Source of the DNA: Actinomycetota bacterium
Lineage (GTDB): Bacteria; Actinomycetota; CADDZG01; WHSQ01
Direction of reading: 5' to 3'
Length of the DNA: 24,000 nt
Assembly: GCA_030446465.1 (NCBI GenBank)
Contig: JAUJNI010000003.1
Coordinates: 61,543-85,542, forward strand
The position numbers and the translations under genes were made by a program. The notes beneath the pieces are model-generated. The model searched no databases and was not told the DNA's origin. It worked only from the letters and a program-made list of their open reading frames with translations. Position 1 is the first letter of the stretch; each line of letters starts with the position of its first letter. Below, one piece after another: positions 1 to 10,212 of the stretch.

Positions 1-410
1 CCTACTGCCCCGAGTTGAGGGGGTTGGCCATAGACACCGCACGTTCCGAGCGGATCTCGGTGCACGAACGGGGCACGGTCGTTGCGATTCAGGGCCCCCG
101 TTTCTCGACCCGCTCCGAGTCGAAGTGGTTCGCCGACGCGGGCTGGGAAGTCATCAATATGACGCAGTACCCCGAGGCATACCTCGCCCGCGAGCTCGAG
201 ATGTGCTACGTCAACATCTCCCTCATCACCGACTACGACGTCGGCGTCGAGGGAGAGACGGACGCCGTTACTCACGAAGCCGTCCTCGAAGTCTTCAACG
301 CCAACAACGACAGACTCCGAAGCCTTCTCTTCAAGCTGGTCCCGCAGATTCCGTCCGAACGGAACTGCGTTTGCAGCACCGCCCTGCAGGGGGCGCGCCT
401 CGAAACCTGA
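1..410 (+). CDS. mtnP: S-methyl-5'-thioadenosine phosphorylase, C-terminal part (gene starts left of the window; codon phase begins at nt 3)
   Basis: The frame is open from the window edge. The sequence GTVVAIQGPRFSTRSESKWFADAGWEVINMTQYPEAYLARELEMCYVNISLITDYD matches the conserved MTAP/PNP-family core. Stop TGA at 408-410. Confidence 0.85.
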   Translation, partial: YCPELRGLAIDTARSERISVHERGTVVAIQGPRFSTRSESKWFADAGWEVINMTQYPEAYLARELEMCYVNISLITDYDVGVEGETDAVTHEAVLEVFNANNDRLRSLLFKLVPQIPSERNCVCSTALQGARLET

Positions 411-449
411 AGAGGCAGGGGCGCGGAGCGGGCTTTATAGTCCCCGCGG

Positions 450-1256
450 GTGTCCATCGTTCAGGCAATCGTTCTAGGAGCAGTGCAGGGCCTCACCGAG
501 TTCATCCCGGTCTCCTCCTCCGGTCACTTGGTGATCGTTCCCGGCCTGTTCGACTGGACCCAGCCTGGTGTGTCCTTCGACGTGATGCTTCACGCCGCGT
601 CGCTGGTTGCCCTTGTCATCTACTTTTTTGGGGACATTCTCGATCTTGCGCGCGGCATCATTCAGCGGGACAGACCGTCTATTCGGCTGGGCGCGCTGCT
701 GGTGATCGGCACCGTCCCCGCGGGCGCCGTGGGCCTGCTGTTCGGTGACTATTTCGAACGAAGCTTCAAAGACGCCGAGTCGGCCGCCATTCAACTGGTG
801 ATCACCGCGGTAATCCTGGTGCTGGCAGAGCAAGTGCTGCGCTATCACGAACGCAAGCGCGCTGCGAATGGCCAGCGACTAAGGGGCATGGAGGATCTCA
901 ACGCGGTCGACGCCGCGGTGGTTGGAGTGGGACAGGCGGTGTCCATCTTCCCCGGCATCTCTCGATCGGGCGCCACGATCGGCGCGGCACTCGGGCTTGC
1001 GGTGGCGAGGGATGCCGCGGCGCGCTTCGCGTTTCTTCTCGCGATCCCCGCACTGCTGGGAGCGACGATCGTGGAGTTGCCCGACTTGGGCGAGAGCTCA
1101 CTGTCTCTTGGACCTGCGGTTGCGGGATTCCTCGTGTCCCTGGTGACGTCCTACGCGGCAATCGCCGCGTTGATTCGATACCTCAAGAGAAAGACGCTTT
1201 ATCCCTTCGCGGTTTATTGCGTCATTGCAGGAGTGGTCTTCTACCTCGTGCTGTGA
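450..1256 (+). CDS. uppP: Undecaprenyl-diphosphate phosphatase (UppP/BacA)
   Basis: N-terminal signature AIVLGAVQGLTEFIPVSSSGHLVI, the later PGISRSGATI motif, polytopic hydrophobic profile, 268 aa. GTG start. Confidence 0.9.
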   Translation: MSIVQAIVLGAVQGLTEFIPVSSSGHLVIVPGLFDWTQPGVSFDVMLHAASLVALVIYFFGDILDLARGIIQRDRPSIRLGALLVIGTVPAGAVGLLFGDYFERSFKDAESAAIQLVITAVILVLAEQVLRYHERKRAANGQRLRGMEDLNAVDAAVVGVGQAVSIFPGISRSGATIGAALGLAVARDAAARFAFLLAIPALLGATIVELPDLGESSLSLGPAVAGFLVSLVTSYAAIAALIRYLKRKTLYPFAVYCVIAGVVFYLVL

Positions 1257-1312
1257 TCCCGACAGTCTCTTGAGACGATCGGACGTAGACGATCCATGGA
1301 GGGCAGTAGCTG

Positions 1313-2659
1313 CTAGAGGCCCCCGACGGTCATCTCGGAGACCAGAGTGGTCGATCCCCCGAAGGACCCACCAAAGGGGAGCCACCGCCGGTCGTCGGCG
1401 ACCGACACGATGCGCGACAGGATGACGAGCAGCGGGGCCGCGATCGTGACCTCCTTGACGGCCTGAGTGAGCTCGCCGTCTTCCGCCAGCCGCCCGGTGG
1501 CACCCACAGAGAAGTCTCCCGATACCGGATTGGCGCCCGAGTGCACTCCGTGGAAGTCCTGCACCACGAGCGCGCGGCCTGCTTGGCGCAACACCTCGTC
1601 TCTGCCCACGCCGGTGGACTCGAAGGCGAGGTTCGAGGCCGAGGGGCCGGGGACGGACTTGAACCCGCCGCGGGAGGCGTTACCTGTGGAGGTCTTGCCT
1701 TCCCGGCGAGCGCTCATCGTGTCGTAGAGAAAAGAATCCAGGATGCCCCCCCGGATGACTTCGGTCCGCTGCGTGGGGACGCCCTCGGCGTCCCAGGGGG
1801 CCGAGCCGGGCGCCCCCTCGATTCGCCCGTCGTCCACCAGCGTCAGGCCCGCAGCCACCTCATCGCCGAGCTTGCCTGCAAAGAGCGACCGTCCCTTCTG
1901 CACTGCTTCTGCAGTCAGGGCGCGGGCGAGGACGCCGAGGAACTGCCCCGCCACATAAGGCTCGAAGACAACCGGCATGCGGTTGCTCGGAATCTTGGTT
2001 GCACCGAGCACTCCAAGCGCTCGCTCGCACGCTTTCCTCGCGACGTCGCCTGGATCGAGTTGGTCGAGGCCCCGGCCTAAGGCGAACTCGAAGCCGACCT
2101 CCGTGTCGTCGCCCTCCGTAGCTATCGCGAGCGAGTAGCACCACGAGTCGGTCTGGCGATAGAGCCCCTCTATGCCCGTTGAGGTGGCTATCGCGACCTC
2201 GCTGCTCGAGTCGGCGTAGACCGCCTCCTCCACGGCTCGTATGCGTGAGTCGTACGCCCTGGTGAGCTCTTCGAGCTCGAGCACGAAGCCGGTCTTCTGC
2301 TCCGGGGTCACGCGCGTCTGCGACTCGTCGAAGAGCCCCGGCACCTCCGGCGGAGGCGATCCCGGCACGGCAAGACCGGCGGCCTCATCTGGGGTCGAGA
2401 AGGCGGCGTTCGAGCGAGCGTCGCCCACGATCAGGTCGATCCCTTCCGGCGTCAGGTCGGTGGTGAAGGCAAAGCCCGTGCGATGGCCGGTCACGACGCG
2501 GACACCGGCCCCCCTGGGCTCGGCGGAAGAGACCGACTCGATGTCGCCGAGATAGGCCTTCGCCTGGAAGGTACGGTCGTGAACCATGTAGGCCTCGATC
2601 TGCTCGTCGCCTTGCGCTCGTTCGCAGATAGATCGAGCCAGCTCGAGAAGCTCCGCCAT
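1313..2659 (-). CDS. pmbA: PmbA/TldE-family metalloprotease component
   Basis: 448 aa with typical TldE/PmbA-like sequence (GVRVVTGHRTGFAFT, C-terminal GANPVSGDFSVGATG). Its ATG at 2659 directly abuts the stop of the upstream TldD gene. Confidence 0.8.
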   Translation of the reverse strand: MAELLELARSICERAQGDEQIEAYMVHDRTFQAKAYLGDIESVSSAEPRGAGVRVVTGHRTGFAFTTDLTPEGIDLIVGDARSNAAFSTPDEAAGLAVPGSPPPEVPGLFDESQTRVTPEQKTGFVLELEELTRAYDSRIRAVEEAVYADSSSEVAIATSTGIEGLYRQTDSWCYSLAIATEGDDTEVGFEFALGRGLDQLDPGDVARKACERALGVLGATKIPSNRMPVVFEPYVAGQFLGVLARALTAEAVQKGRSLFAGKLGDEVAAGLTLVDDGRIEGAPGSAPWDAEGVPTQRTEVIRGGILDSFLYDTMSARREGKTSTGNASRGGFKSVPGPSASNLAFESTGVGRDEVLRQAGRALVVQDFHGVHSGANPVSGDFSVGATGRLAEDGELTQAVKEVTIAAPLLVILSRIVSVADDRRWLPFGGSFGGSTTLVSEMTVGGL

Positions 2660-4042
2660 CTACGCCTCCGTCCCGCCCACGGTCATCCGGCCCAGAAGGA
2701 CCGTCGCCATGCCGTTGGTGACGGGAGCGTGCTGGCCGTCCTTGCCGCACACTCCTTCTTTACGGTCGAAGTCGGACCCGACCGCCTCGATCACGCCCAG
2801 CACCTCGGGGCCGTTGCCGATCAAGTTGGCGCCCTTGATTGGGTATGCAAGCTCGCCTTTTTCGATCATGTAGGCCTCCGCCATGCCAAAGACAAAGTTG
2901 CCGGTGGCGGGATTGACCTCGCCGCCGGCGAAAGTGGCCGCGTAGACGCCCCGCTCGATTGACCTGATGATGTCCTCGGGGTCGTCCTGTCCCGGCTCGA
3001 GATCGGTGTTCGTCATACGAACGATGGGGAGGTGGGCGTAGGACTGCCGGCGGCCGTTGCCCGTCGGGGGGGCCTCGATCTTCCCGGCGGACCGCAGGTC
3101 GCTCAGGTGACCGATCAGCACGCCCTTGTCGAACAGCACGGTGCGTTGCGCGGGGGTGCCCTCGTCGTCGACCCCGAAGGACCCCCACGAGCCCGGTTTG
3201 GTGGCGTCGTCGACGATCGTCACGATGTCGGACCCGAAACGATCCCCACGTCTCTTTGCGTAGACGCTCGCCTCCTTTACCAACGTGTCGGCCTCGAGGC
3301 CGTGGCCACAGGCCTCGTGAATCAGGACTCCTCCGGTGCCGGGCGCGAGAACTACCGGGAACTCTCCTGCGGGCGACGGCTTCGCCTCCAGCATCCGCAG
3401 GGCCTTGGCCGCGGCCTTCGAACCGAGCTCTGCGGGCGGGAGCCGTTCAAAGAGCTCGAAGCCTCCGGAGTGACCCGGCGCTTCGAAGCCGGTTGCGATC
3501 TGCCCGTCCCTCCCGGCGACGACCTGCACCGCGAAACGAACGCGGGTGCGATCGTCCTCTGCACGGCGTCCGTCGGATGCAGCGATCAACACCCGTTGCC
3601 TGATATCGGCGTACGAAGAGATCACCTGACGGACCGCATCCCCTTTGATCCGGGCCGCGTGGTCGGCCTCGACGAGGGCCGCAACCTTGTCCCCGGCGCC
3701 CACATCCTCCGGGCGTACCTGCACGGCGGCGGTTGAGGAGGCTCCAACCATGCGCAGGTCCCTCGCCTCCACGGGCCCCTCGGACAACCCCGCCCGAGCC
3801 GACCGGGCGGCGTCCAGCAGCGCCTCCTGGGTGAGCAGATTGGTGTAGGCGTAGGAGGCCCTCTCGCCCGAGATCAGCCGGATGCCTGCCCCTCGGTCAC
3901 GGCCCGACGAAACGTCTTCCACTCTGGAGTCCTCGAGCCTCAGAGCAGTCGATCGGCGGTCCTCGACGAACAGCTCGGCAAGGTCCCCGCCGCGCCCGAG
4001 CGCCTCCGCCAGGACCCTCTTTATGACACCGTCGTCGAGCAT
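2660..4042 (-). CDS. tldD: TldD-family metalloprotease
   Basis: HEACGHGLE zinc-binding motif and GEVNPATGNFVFG C-terminal motif. I place the start at ATG 4042 (MLDDGVIKRVLAEAL...), giving about 460 aa. The 153 upstream codons of the 613-aa ORF look non-protein-like. Confidence 0.85.
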   Translation of the reverse strand: MLDDGVIKRVLAEALGRGGDLAELFVEDRRSTALRLEDSRVEDVSSGRDRGAGIRLISGERASYAYTNLLTQEALLDAARSARAGLSEGPVEARDLRMVGASSTAAVQVRPEDVGAGDKVAALVEADHAARIKGDAVRQVISSYADIRQRVLIAASDGRRAEDDRTRVRFAVQVVAGRDGQIATGFEAPGHSGGFELFERLPPAELGSKAAAKALRMLEAKPSPAGEFPVVLAPGTGGVLIHEACGHGLEADTLVKEASVYAKRRGDRFGSDIVTIVDDATKPGSWGSFGVDDEGTPAQRTVLFDKGVLIGHLSDLRSAGKIEAPPTGNGRRQSYAHLPIVRMTNTDLEPGQDDPEDIIRSIERGVYAATFAGGEVNPATGNFVFGMAEAYMIEKGELAYPIKGANLIGNGPEVLGVIEAVGSDFDRKEGVCGKDGQHAPVTNGMATVLLGRMTVGGTEA

Positions 4043-4315
4043 GGAAAGGGCAGGATACGGCCCGGCCCACTTACTGGGTTCGTGCGCTTGTGCGTGTCGA
4101 TATGAGCGATGTAGTCTCACGTCGGCACACCGGCCTACCCAGCCCCTCAGCCGCTGGCACTTACAAGGAGCCCACGCCTGACAAGCCAAGACGGAGCCAG
4201 CTTCACCAGCCAGCAGGTCGGCCGGCTCAACTCCATCCAGGAACGCCTCACCGAAGCCCGCCGGGAGCTCGACGCGCTCATCGGGGACGCGTACCTTCGA
4301 CCCAGGGCATCGGTC

Positions 4316-4507
4316 GTGCCGGTCCACTTCCTCGACCTCGCCTCCGCCGTCGAGAAGCTGAGGTGGGCTGAAAAGGAATGGAGAGAGCTCAACCAGCAGG
4401 TTCGGGAGGCCCGGAGGAGCCCGGGCGGCGACGGCGCCGTCGATATGCCGGCTCACGAGCAACCGCACGACCTCCTCAGGCTCGTGCCGGAGGCGCGCCA
4501 ACTCTAG
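4316..4507 (+). CDS. Hypothetical small protein (coiled-coil-like); true 5' end unresolved
   Basis: Strong third-position GC bias in this frame from about 4199 to the TAG at 4505-4507. The only canonical start in frame is GTG 4316. The frame is open back to 4115 with no ATG/GTG/TTG. Confidence 0.3.
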   Translation: MPVHFLDLASAVEKLRWAEKEWRELNQQVREARRSPGGDGAVDMPAHEQPHDLLRLVPEARQL

Positions 4508-4514
4508 GGGTTGA

Positions 4515-5282
4515 CTACTTCGGCGGCATCCTGAGTGCGCCGTCCAGCCGGATGGTCTCGCCGTTCAGCATTGGGTTCTCGACGATGTGCTTCACCAACG
4601 CCGCGTACTCCTCCGGTCGTCCGAGGCGATGCGGATGCGGGATGCCCTCGGCGAGCTTTGCCCTCACCTCTTCTGGCAGGCCGGCAAGCATCGGGGTGTC
4701 GAAGGTCCCCGGCGCGATCGCGACACAGCGGATCAGCCGGTTCGCCAGATCACGTGCAACAGGAAGCGTCATTCCGACAATGCCCCCCTTGGAGGACGAA
4801 TAGGCAGCCTGGCCTATCTGACCGTCAAAGGCCGCGATGCTGGCGGTATTGATGATCACGCCGCGCTCCTCATCCTTGGGCTCTTGCTTCGCCATCTGGG
4901 CCGCTGCCAGACGCAGAACGTTGAAGGTGCCGATCAGGTTCACCCTGACCACAAACTCGTAGCGCTCAAGATCGGTGGGAGTGCCGTCGCGGGTCAGCAC
5001 CCGGCCAGGGAAGCCGACCCCCGCGCAATTGACGTTGATGTGGAGGCCTCCGAGCTCTTTTGCTGCCAGGTCGACCGCCGCCCGGACCTCGTCCTCGGAG
5101 GTGACGTCGGCCCCCTGAAAAAGAACCGCGTCTCCGAGCTCCTTGGCGACTGTGTCACCGTTACTTGTGGGGAGGTCGACCATCACCACGGAGGCCCCCG
5201 AATCGAGCAGCTGCTTGGTAGTGGCGAGCCCGAGCCCCGAGGCGGCGCCCGTCACCAACGCGACCCGGCCGTCGATTTTCAT
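4515..5282 (-). CDS. Short-chain dehydrogenase/reductase, 3-hydroxyacyl-CoA dehydrogenase type-2-like
   Basis: TGAASGLG Rossmann motif near the N-terminus, YSSSK catalytic motif, about 255 aa. The start ATG at 5282 ([12 protein letters not shown]) overlaps the upstream gene's stop as ATGA. Confidence 0.85.
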   Translation of the reverse strand: MKIDGRVALVTGAASGLGLATTKQLLDSGASVVMVDLPTSNGDTVAKELGDAVLFQGADVTSEDEVRAAVDLAAKELGGLHINVNCAGVGFPGRVLTRDGTPTDLERYEFVVRVNLIGTFNVLRLAAAQMAKQEPKDEERGVIINTASIAAFDGQIGQAAYSSSKGGIVGMTLPVARDLANRLIRCVAIAPGTFDTPMLAGLPEEVRAKLAEGIPHPHRLGRPEEYAALVKHIVENPMLNGETIRLDGALRMPPK

Positions 5283-7195
5283 ACTGCCTCTCTTTCGGTG
5301 ACCACATCTCCGCTTGCCAAGACGAGGCCATCCTCGCACCTCGTCTCGATCGCCCCGTCGGAGAACTGCTCGTGATACAGGGCCGCGTAAGCGCCATCCC
5401 TGGCAAGTAAGTCGGCATGGGAGCCCCGCTCGGTGATCTTTCCCTTGTCGACGAACAAGATCGTGTCCGCTGCAAGGATGGTCGACAGCCTGTGGGCGAT
5501 GGCGATGGTGGTCCGACCTTGGATCAGAGGAGACAACGCTTGCTGGACGAGACGTTCGGAGTGAGTGTCGAGCGCGCTGGTCGCCTCGTCGAGGATGAGG
5601 ATGTGCGGGTTCTTCAATATGACGCGCGCGATGGCGAGGCGCTGTTTCTCGCCGCCGGACATCTTGTAGCCGCGCTCTCCTACCGTGGTGTCTAAGCCCT
5701 CAGGCATCTCCACGATTCGGTCCCAGATGTAGGCCGCCCGGGCTGCGTCTTCGAGTTCCTCGTCGCTCGCCTCGGGATTCCCGTACCTGAGGTTCTCTCT
5801 GATCGTGGCGTTGAACAGATAGGTCTCCTGAGTCACCATCCCAATGATGTCGCCGAGGGACTCGAGCTTGATGTCCCTGACGTCAACGCCATCGACACGC
5901 ACGCTTCCTCGCGTGACGTCGTAGAGCCGAGGGACCAGGTAGGTGAGCGTCGTCTTGCCCGCGCCTGAAGGTCCCACCAGGGCGACCAGCTTGCCCGGCT
6001 CGACCTCGAAGTCGACGCCAGAGATAGTCCACACTCTTTCTTCCTCGGGACCGATATCCCGGCTTCGGTCGTACTTGAACCAGACGTTCTCGAACGAGAC
6101 CCGGCCCCTGACCTCTTGCGGCCTCAGCTCTATGGCCCCGTCGCGATCGACGATGTCTCGCTCGAGGTCGAGGTACTCGAAGATGCGATCGAACAACGCG
6201 AGCGCGGATTGCACCTCTACGGTCACGTTGAGAAGCTGTCCCATGGGGAAGAACAGCCGGCTCTGCAGGGTCGTGAATGCGACGATCGTCCCTACGATTC
6301 CCTCGGGCGCGCCGGCCCCTCCTCTCAAGAAGAGGTAGCCACCGACCAGATAGACAAATGCCGGGGTGATCGAGAAGAAGATTTGAATGAGTGAGAAGAA
6401 GCCTCGGCCCACCATCGTCCGGCGGACCTCCAGCTCGGAAAGCCTTTGGTTCTCGGCGCGGAACCTTCCGATCTCGTAGGGCTGTCTGCCGAACGCCTTT
6501 GACAACAGGATCCCCGACACGGACAGGGTCTCCTGCATGTGCGCGGTGAGATCGGCTAGCGACTCCTGCGTTTGTCCCGACACCTCTCGCCGGATCTTGC
6601 CGACCTTTCTGCTGATCAGCAGGAACACCGGGAGGATCCCGAGCGACAACACCGTAAGCTCCCAGCTCAGCACGAACATCACCACGACCGTCGAGATCAC
6701 CGTCGCGATGTTGGACACGATGCTCGACGCAGTGTCCGTAAGAACGCCTTGGACGCCGCCCACGTCGTTCGAGAGCCTCGACTGGATCTCGCCGGTGCGC
6801 GTGGAGGTGAAGAACTTCAGGGACATGTGCTGCAAGTGCGCGTAGAGCGCGTTGCGCAGGTCGCGCATGACGCTCTGCCCAACCCGGTTGTTGATGTAGG
6901 TCTGCCATAGCCCGAGAAGGCCGCTCACTATCGGCGTCGCGATCATCACGGCGACCACGATGAGAAGCAGGCGCAGCCTGTCGCTCTCGGGCCCTTCCCC
7001 CAGGATCACTTGGTTGAACACGACCTTGATCAGCAACGGGTTGATCAGGCCAAGGCCTGCGGTGACGAGGATCAACAGCGCAACAAGTCCGACCTGTGCC
7101 CTGTATGGGCGGAAGGTCGCGACGATGCGCGCGAAGGTGCCAGGCCTTGCCGGGTGCTCCGGGGTGGCCGGAGGCGTCAGCCTGTGAGGGCGCAA
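5279..7195 (-). CDS. ABC transporter, fused permease/ATP-binding exporter (MsbA/type I exporter-like)
   Basis: N-terminal six-helix-like TM domain. Walker [13 protein letters not shown] signature MSGGEKQR, Walker [14 protein letters not shown]-loop IAHRLST. The TTG start at 7195 is uncertain. Confidence 0.9.
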   Translation of the reverse strand: MRPHRLTPPATPEHPARPGTFARIVATFRPYRAQVGLVALLILVTAGLGLINPLLIKVVFNQVILGEGPESDRLRLLLIVVAVMIATPIVSGLLGLWQTYINNRVGQSVMRDLRNALYAHLQHMSLKFFTSTRTGEIQSRLSNDVGGVQGVLTDTASSIVSNIATVISTVVVMFVLSWELTVLSLGILPVFLLISRKVGKIRREVSGQTQESLADLTAHMQETLSVSGILLSKAFGRQPYEIGRFRAENQRLSELEVRRTMVGRGFFSLIQIFFSITPAFVYLVGGYLFLRGGAGAPEGIVGTIVAFTTLQSRLFFPMGQLLNVTVEVQSALALFDRIFEYLDLERDIVDRDGAIELRPQEVRGRVSFENVWFKYDRSRDIGPEEERVWTISGVDFEVEPGKLVALVGPSGAGKTTLTYLVPRLYDVTRGSVRVDGVDVRDIKLESLGDIIGMVTQETYLFNATIRENLRYGNPEASDEELEDAARAAYIWDRIVEMPEGLDTTVGERGYKMSGGEKQRLAIARVILKNPHILILDEATSALDTHSERLVQQALSPLIQGRTTIAIAHRLSTILAADTILFVDKGKITERGSHADLLARDGAYAALYHEQFSDGAIETRCEDGLVLASGDVVTEREAV

Positions 7196-7287
7196 ACTCC
7201 TTGCCTTTCTTCCTGATTACCTGATTGCTTCAAGTCTGATGAGAACGCCCCTATTCCGGGTGCCACCTGTCTTTGCCCACGGGTCCC

Positions 7288-7935
7288 TCACCTCGTCCTC
7301 ACCGCAGCAACGACACCGTCTCTTATGGGCAGGATGAAAGACCGAAAGTTTGGGTCGGACGCGATCGCCCGGTTGGTCTTGTCGATCGCCTCGGTGTAGC
7401 CGTCGCGCACGTCGGGCTCGTCCGACTCCCCCGTCACCCGACCGGACCACAGCATGTTGTCGCACAGGTAGAGGCCACCGATACGTACCCTCGTCTTCGC
7501 CGCTTCCCATGCGTCCGGATAGCCGTCCTTGTCGATGTCGCAGTAGACGATGTTGAAGTCACCCGCGGTCTCGTTGAAAACGTCGAGCGCGGGGCCAACG
7601 TGATAGTCGATCGGTGCGTCGAGACCGGCTCGTCCGAGGAAGTCCAGCGCCTTGGACTGGTTGGCCGGGTCGGTGTCGGTGAGATGTATCTCGCCGTCGG
7701 GACCGGTGGCGCGCGACCACCAGTAGGCCGAGTAACCGAAACCAGATCCCATCTCAAAGATTCTGCGAGCGCCGTTCGCTCGCGCCATCACTTCGAGAAA
7801 CCTGCCGCACAACCTGCCGATTATCGGGAAGTGCTCCCTGGCTGCGAGCGCCTCCATCTCGAGCAGTACCGGCTCGTCGTCCTTGTGAGCAAGCTCGGTC
7901 AGATAGCGATCGACGGCAGGATGGAGAATGTCCAC
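7288..7935 (-). CDS. Class I SAM-dependent O-methyltransferase (family 3, caffeoyl-CoA OMT-like)
   Basis: 215 aa. IFEMGSGFGYSAYW SAM-binding motif and DIDKDGYP motif typical of cation-dependent OMTs. Confidence 0.8.
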   Translation of the reverse strand: MDILHPAVDRYLTELAHKDDEPVLLEMEALAAREHFPIIGRLCGRFLEVMARANGARRIFEMGSGFGYSAYWWSRATGPDGEIHLTDTDPANQSKALDFLGRAGLDAPIDYHVGPALDVFNETAGDFNIVYCDIDKDGYPDAWEAAKTRVRIGGLYLCDNMLWSGRVTGESDEPDVRDGYTEAIDKTNRAIASDPNFRSFILPIRDGVVAAVRTR

Positions 7936-7947
7936 GTCCTCTCCTTT

Positions 7948-8769
7948 CTAGGTGCGTTTTGACCTGCTATGTAGGTCAGATGTCGGCGAGTTCGCCCTTG
8001 CTCCCACCAGAGCTCGCAGATCGTCGTGTAGTCGGGGGCCGGACGCCACAAGACCGTGGGAGGTTCCGTGGGGGGCGGGGAGGTCGCTCACGACACCGCC
8101 CGCCTCCTTCACGATAAGCGCACCGGCCGCGTTGTCCCACACCTCCATCACAGCCTCGTAGAAGCCGTCGAAGCGGCCGCATGCTAGCCAGCAGAGATCG
8201 AGCGCCGCAGAGCCCGCCCGGCGTATGTCTCGGACGCACGGCAAGACCCTTGCTACGACCTCTGCCTGTGCGCGCCGCGACGCAGTGTCGTAGGCGAACC
8301 CTGTCCCAATTAACGCCTGCGACAAGTCGTCACAATGGGAGACCGTGATCGGCTCGTCGTTAAGCGTGGCCCCCCCACCACGAGCCGCGCTGAAGGTCTC
8401 GTTGCGGTTCGGGTCGTGAACGACTCCGACAAGCGTTCCGGTTGGGTCCTCCACCGCAATGCTCACGCACCACACGGGGATGCCGAACAGATAGTTGACG
8501 GTCCCGTCTAGGGGATCGATGATCCAGCGGTAACCGGACGAGGACTCGCCCGCGCCACCCTCCTCGCCCAAGAAGCCGTCGTCGCCTCGCTTCTCGGAGA
8601 TCAGCCCGGTTATGAGCCTCTCGGAGTCCCTATCCGCCTTACTCACCAGGTCGGTTGGAGAAGTCTTCGTGCTCACGGCTTCCGCGGGGTGACGGAACCT
8701 CGACATCAGCAAGTCACCGGCCGCGCGAGCGGCGTGAGCTGCAAGTTCGACTAACTCCTGATGGACCAC
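7948..8769 (-). CDS. Inositol monophosphatase family protein
   Basis: WIIDPLDGTVNY and FLGEE motifs, and the C-terminal WDNAAG motif characteristic of IMPase/SuhB/HisN-type phosphatases. GTG start. Confidence 0.85.
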   Translation of the reverse strand: MVHQELVELAAHAARAAGDLLMSRFRHPAEAVSTKTSPTDLVSKADRDSERLITGLISEKRGDDGFLGEEGGAGESSSGYRWIIDPLDGTVNYLFGIPVWCVSIAVEDPTGTLVGVVHDPNRNETFSAARGGGATLNDEPITVSHCDDLSQALIGTGFAYDTASRRAQAEVVARVLPCVRDIRRAGSAALDLCWLACGRFDGFYEAVMEVWDNAAGALIVKEAGGVVSDLPAPHGTSHGLVASGPRLHDDLRALVGARANSPTSDLHSRSKRT

Positions 8770-8772
8770 GAT

Positions 8773-10146
8773 CTAGGGCAAATTTCTTTCGACCTCTTGC
8801 CATGCTTTGCGTGCGGCGATCAACACCGCGTCCCACACCGGCGAGAAGGGAGGAGCGTAGGACAAGTCCATGTTGAGGATCTCGTCGACTGCCATCTCGT
8901 TCCACAAGGCGGTCGCCAGAACGTCGATGCGCTTGGCCGCGCCTTCACGCCCGATGATCTGCGCACCGAGAAGTCTTCCGGACACCTTCTCGACTATGAG
9001 CTTTGTCTTGATGGGTGCGGCGCCGGGGTAGTAGCCCGCGCGGGTCGACGAGTCGACGACGACCGAAAGGGGTTGAAACCCCGCGTCCACCGCCTCGCTT
9101 TCCTTCAACCCCGTGCGCCCCACCTCGAGGTCGCAGATCTTCGACACCGCGGTCCCAATAACTCCGGGAAAGGTCTCGTAACCGCCGCCGATGTTGATGC
9201 CGGCGACCCTGCCCTCTTTGTTTGCGTGCGTCCCGAGGGGGATCACGACCGGCCGTCGCGACACGCGGTGAAACTTTTCTGCGCAGTCCCCCGCGGACCA
9301 GACCGCGTCGACCAGTGTTCGCATCTGCCGGTCGACGCGTACGCCCCCCGAGGGTCCTAGGGGAACGCCGGACTCGGCGGCGAGCTGAACGTTCGGCGCG
9401 ACTCCCAGGCCGAGCACGACGATATCCGCAGGAAGAGTCCGCTGTTGCGTGACGACGGCATCGATGCGGCCGTTGCTCGTCTCGAAGCCCTCGACTGGCT
9501 CTTCAAGGTAGACGTTCACTCCGAGCTTGCGAATGCCGTCGGCGACCAGCGCGCCCATGTCCGGGTCGAGCGTCGACATCGGTTGAGCCGCCATCTCGAC
9601 CAGGGTCACGTCCATGCCCCGCCGTACGAAGGCTTCGGCCATCTCGATGCCGATGTAGCCGCCACCGACCACCACCGCCCTCTTGGGGTCCTGCTGTTCG
9701 ACGACCCTGCGGATGGCCACGCCGTCGTCGAGGACTTGGACGCCGAACAAACCGTCAGCGTCCGAGCCGGGCCAGGGCGGCTTTATAGGGGTGGCGCCGG
9801 TCGCCACCATGAGAAGGTCGTAGCCCTCCCACGTCTCGACCCCGTGGTCGAGGTCTTTCACCTGCACCGCGCCCTTGTCGAGGTCGATCGCGGTGACCTC
9901 GTGACGAACACGCACCTCGATGGAGTTGCGCTCGCGGAACTGCTCGGGGCTACGGACGACCAGGTCGTCCACCTGCCCCACGACGTCGCCCACGAAGTAC
10001 GGGATGCCGCAGGCCGAGTAGGAGCTGTAGTTGCCGCGCTCGAATGCGAGGATCTCGAGATCGTCCGGCCCCCGGCGCCTGCGTGCCTGAGACGCCGCGC
10101 TCATCCCGGCGGCGTCCGCCCCCACTACGATCAAGCGCTCAGCCAT
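8773..10146 (-). CDS. FAD-dependent pyridine nucleotide-disulfide oxidoreductase, CoA-disulfide reductase / NADH oxidase family
   Basis: N-terminal VVGADAAGMSAA dinucleotide fold, single redox Cys in SYSACGIPY, second VVGGGYIGIEMAE NAD(P) fold, 457 aa. Confidence 0.8.
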   Translation of the reverse strand: MAERLIVVGADAAGMSAASQARRRRGPDDLEILAFERGNYSSYSACGIPYFVGDVVGQVDDLVVRSPEQFRERNSIEVRVRHEVTAIDLDKGAVQVKDLDHGVETWEGYDLLMVATGATPIKPPWPGSDADGLFGVQVLDDGVAIRRVVEQQDPKRAVVVGGGYIGIEMAEAFVRRGMDVTLVEMAAQPMSTLDPDMGALVADGIRKLGVNVYLEEPVEGFETSNGRIDAVVTQQRTLPADIVVLGLGVAPNVQLAAESGVPLGPSGGVRVDRQMRTLVDAVWSAGDCAEKFHRVSRRPVVIPLGTHANKEGRVAGINIGGGYETFPGVIGTAVSKICDLEVGRTGLKESEAVDAGFQPLSVVVDSSTRAGYYPGAAPIKTKLIVEKVSGRLLGAQIIGREGAAKRIDVLATALWNEMAVDEILNMDLSYAPPFSPVWDAVLIAARKAWQEVERNLP

Positions 10147-10212
10147 GGGACCCCCCGCTCTTTCAATCGCTCGAGAAGCTTAGGTACCTCTTTGCTAAGC
10201 GTTTGCGCTCCT

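Noticed and set aside
4043-4501. 153-codon N-terminal extension of the TldD ORF (613 aa in the ORF track)
   Set aside because: The extension is Arg/Pro/Gly-rich with no TldD similarity. The conserved TldD N-terminus starts at MLDDGVIKRV (ATG 4042), and the opposite strand shows the better coding signal over part of this interval.
5883-6908. 341-aa minus-strand ORF and several plus-strand ORFs inside the ABC exporter gene
   Set aside because: The ABC exporter frame carries Walker A/B and signature motifs. The alternatives are Arg-rich shadow frames.
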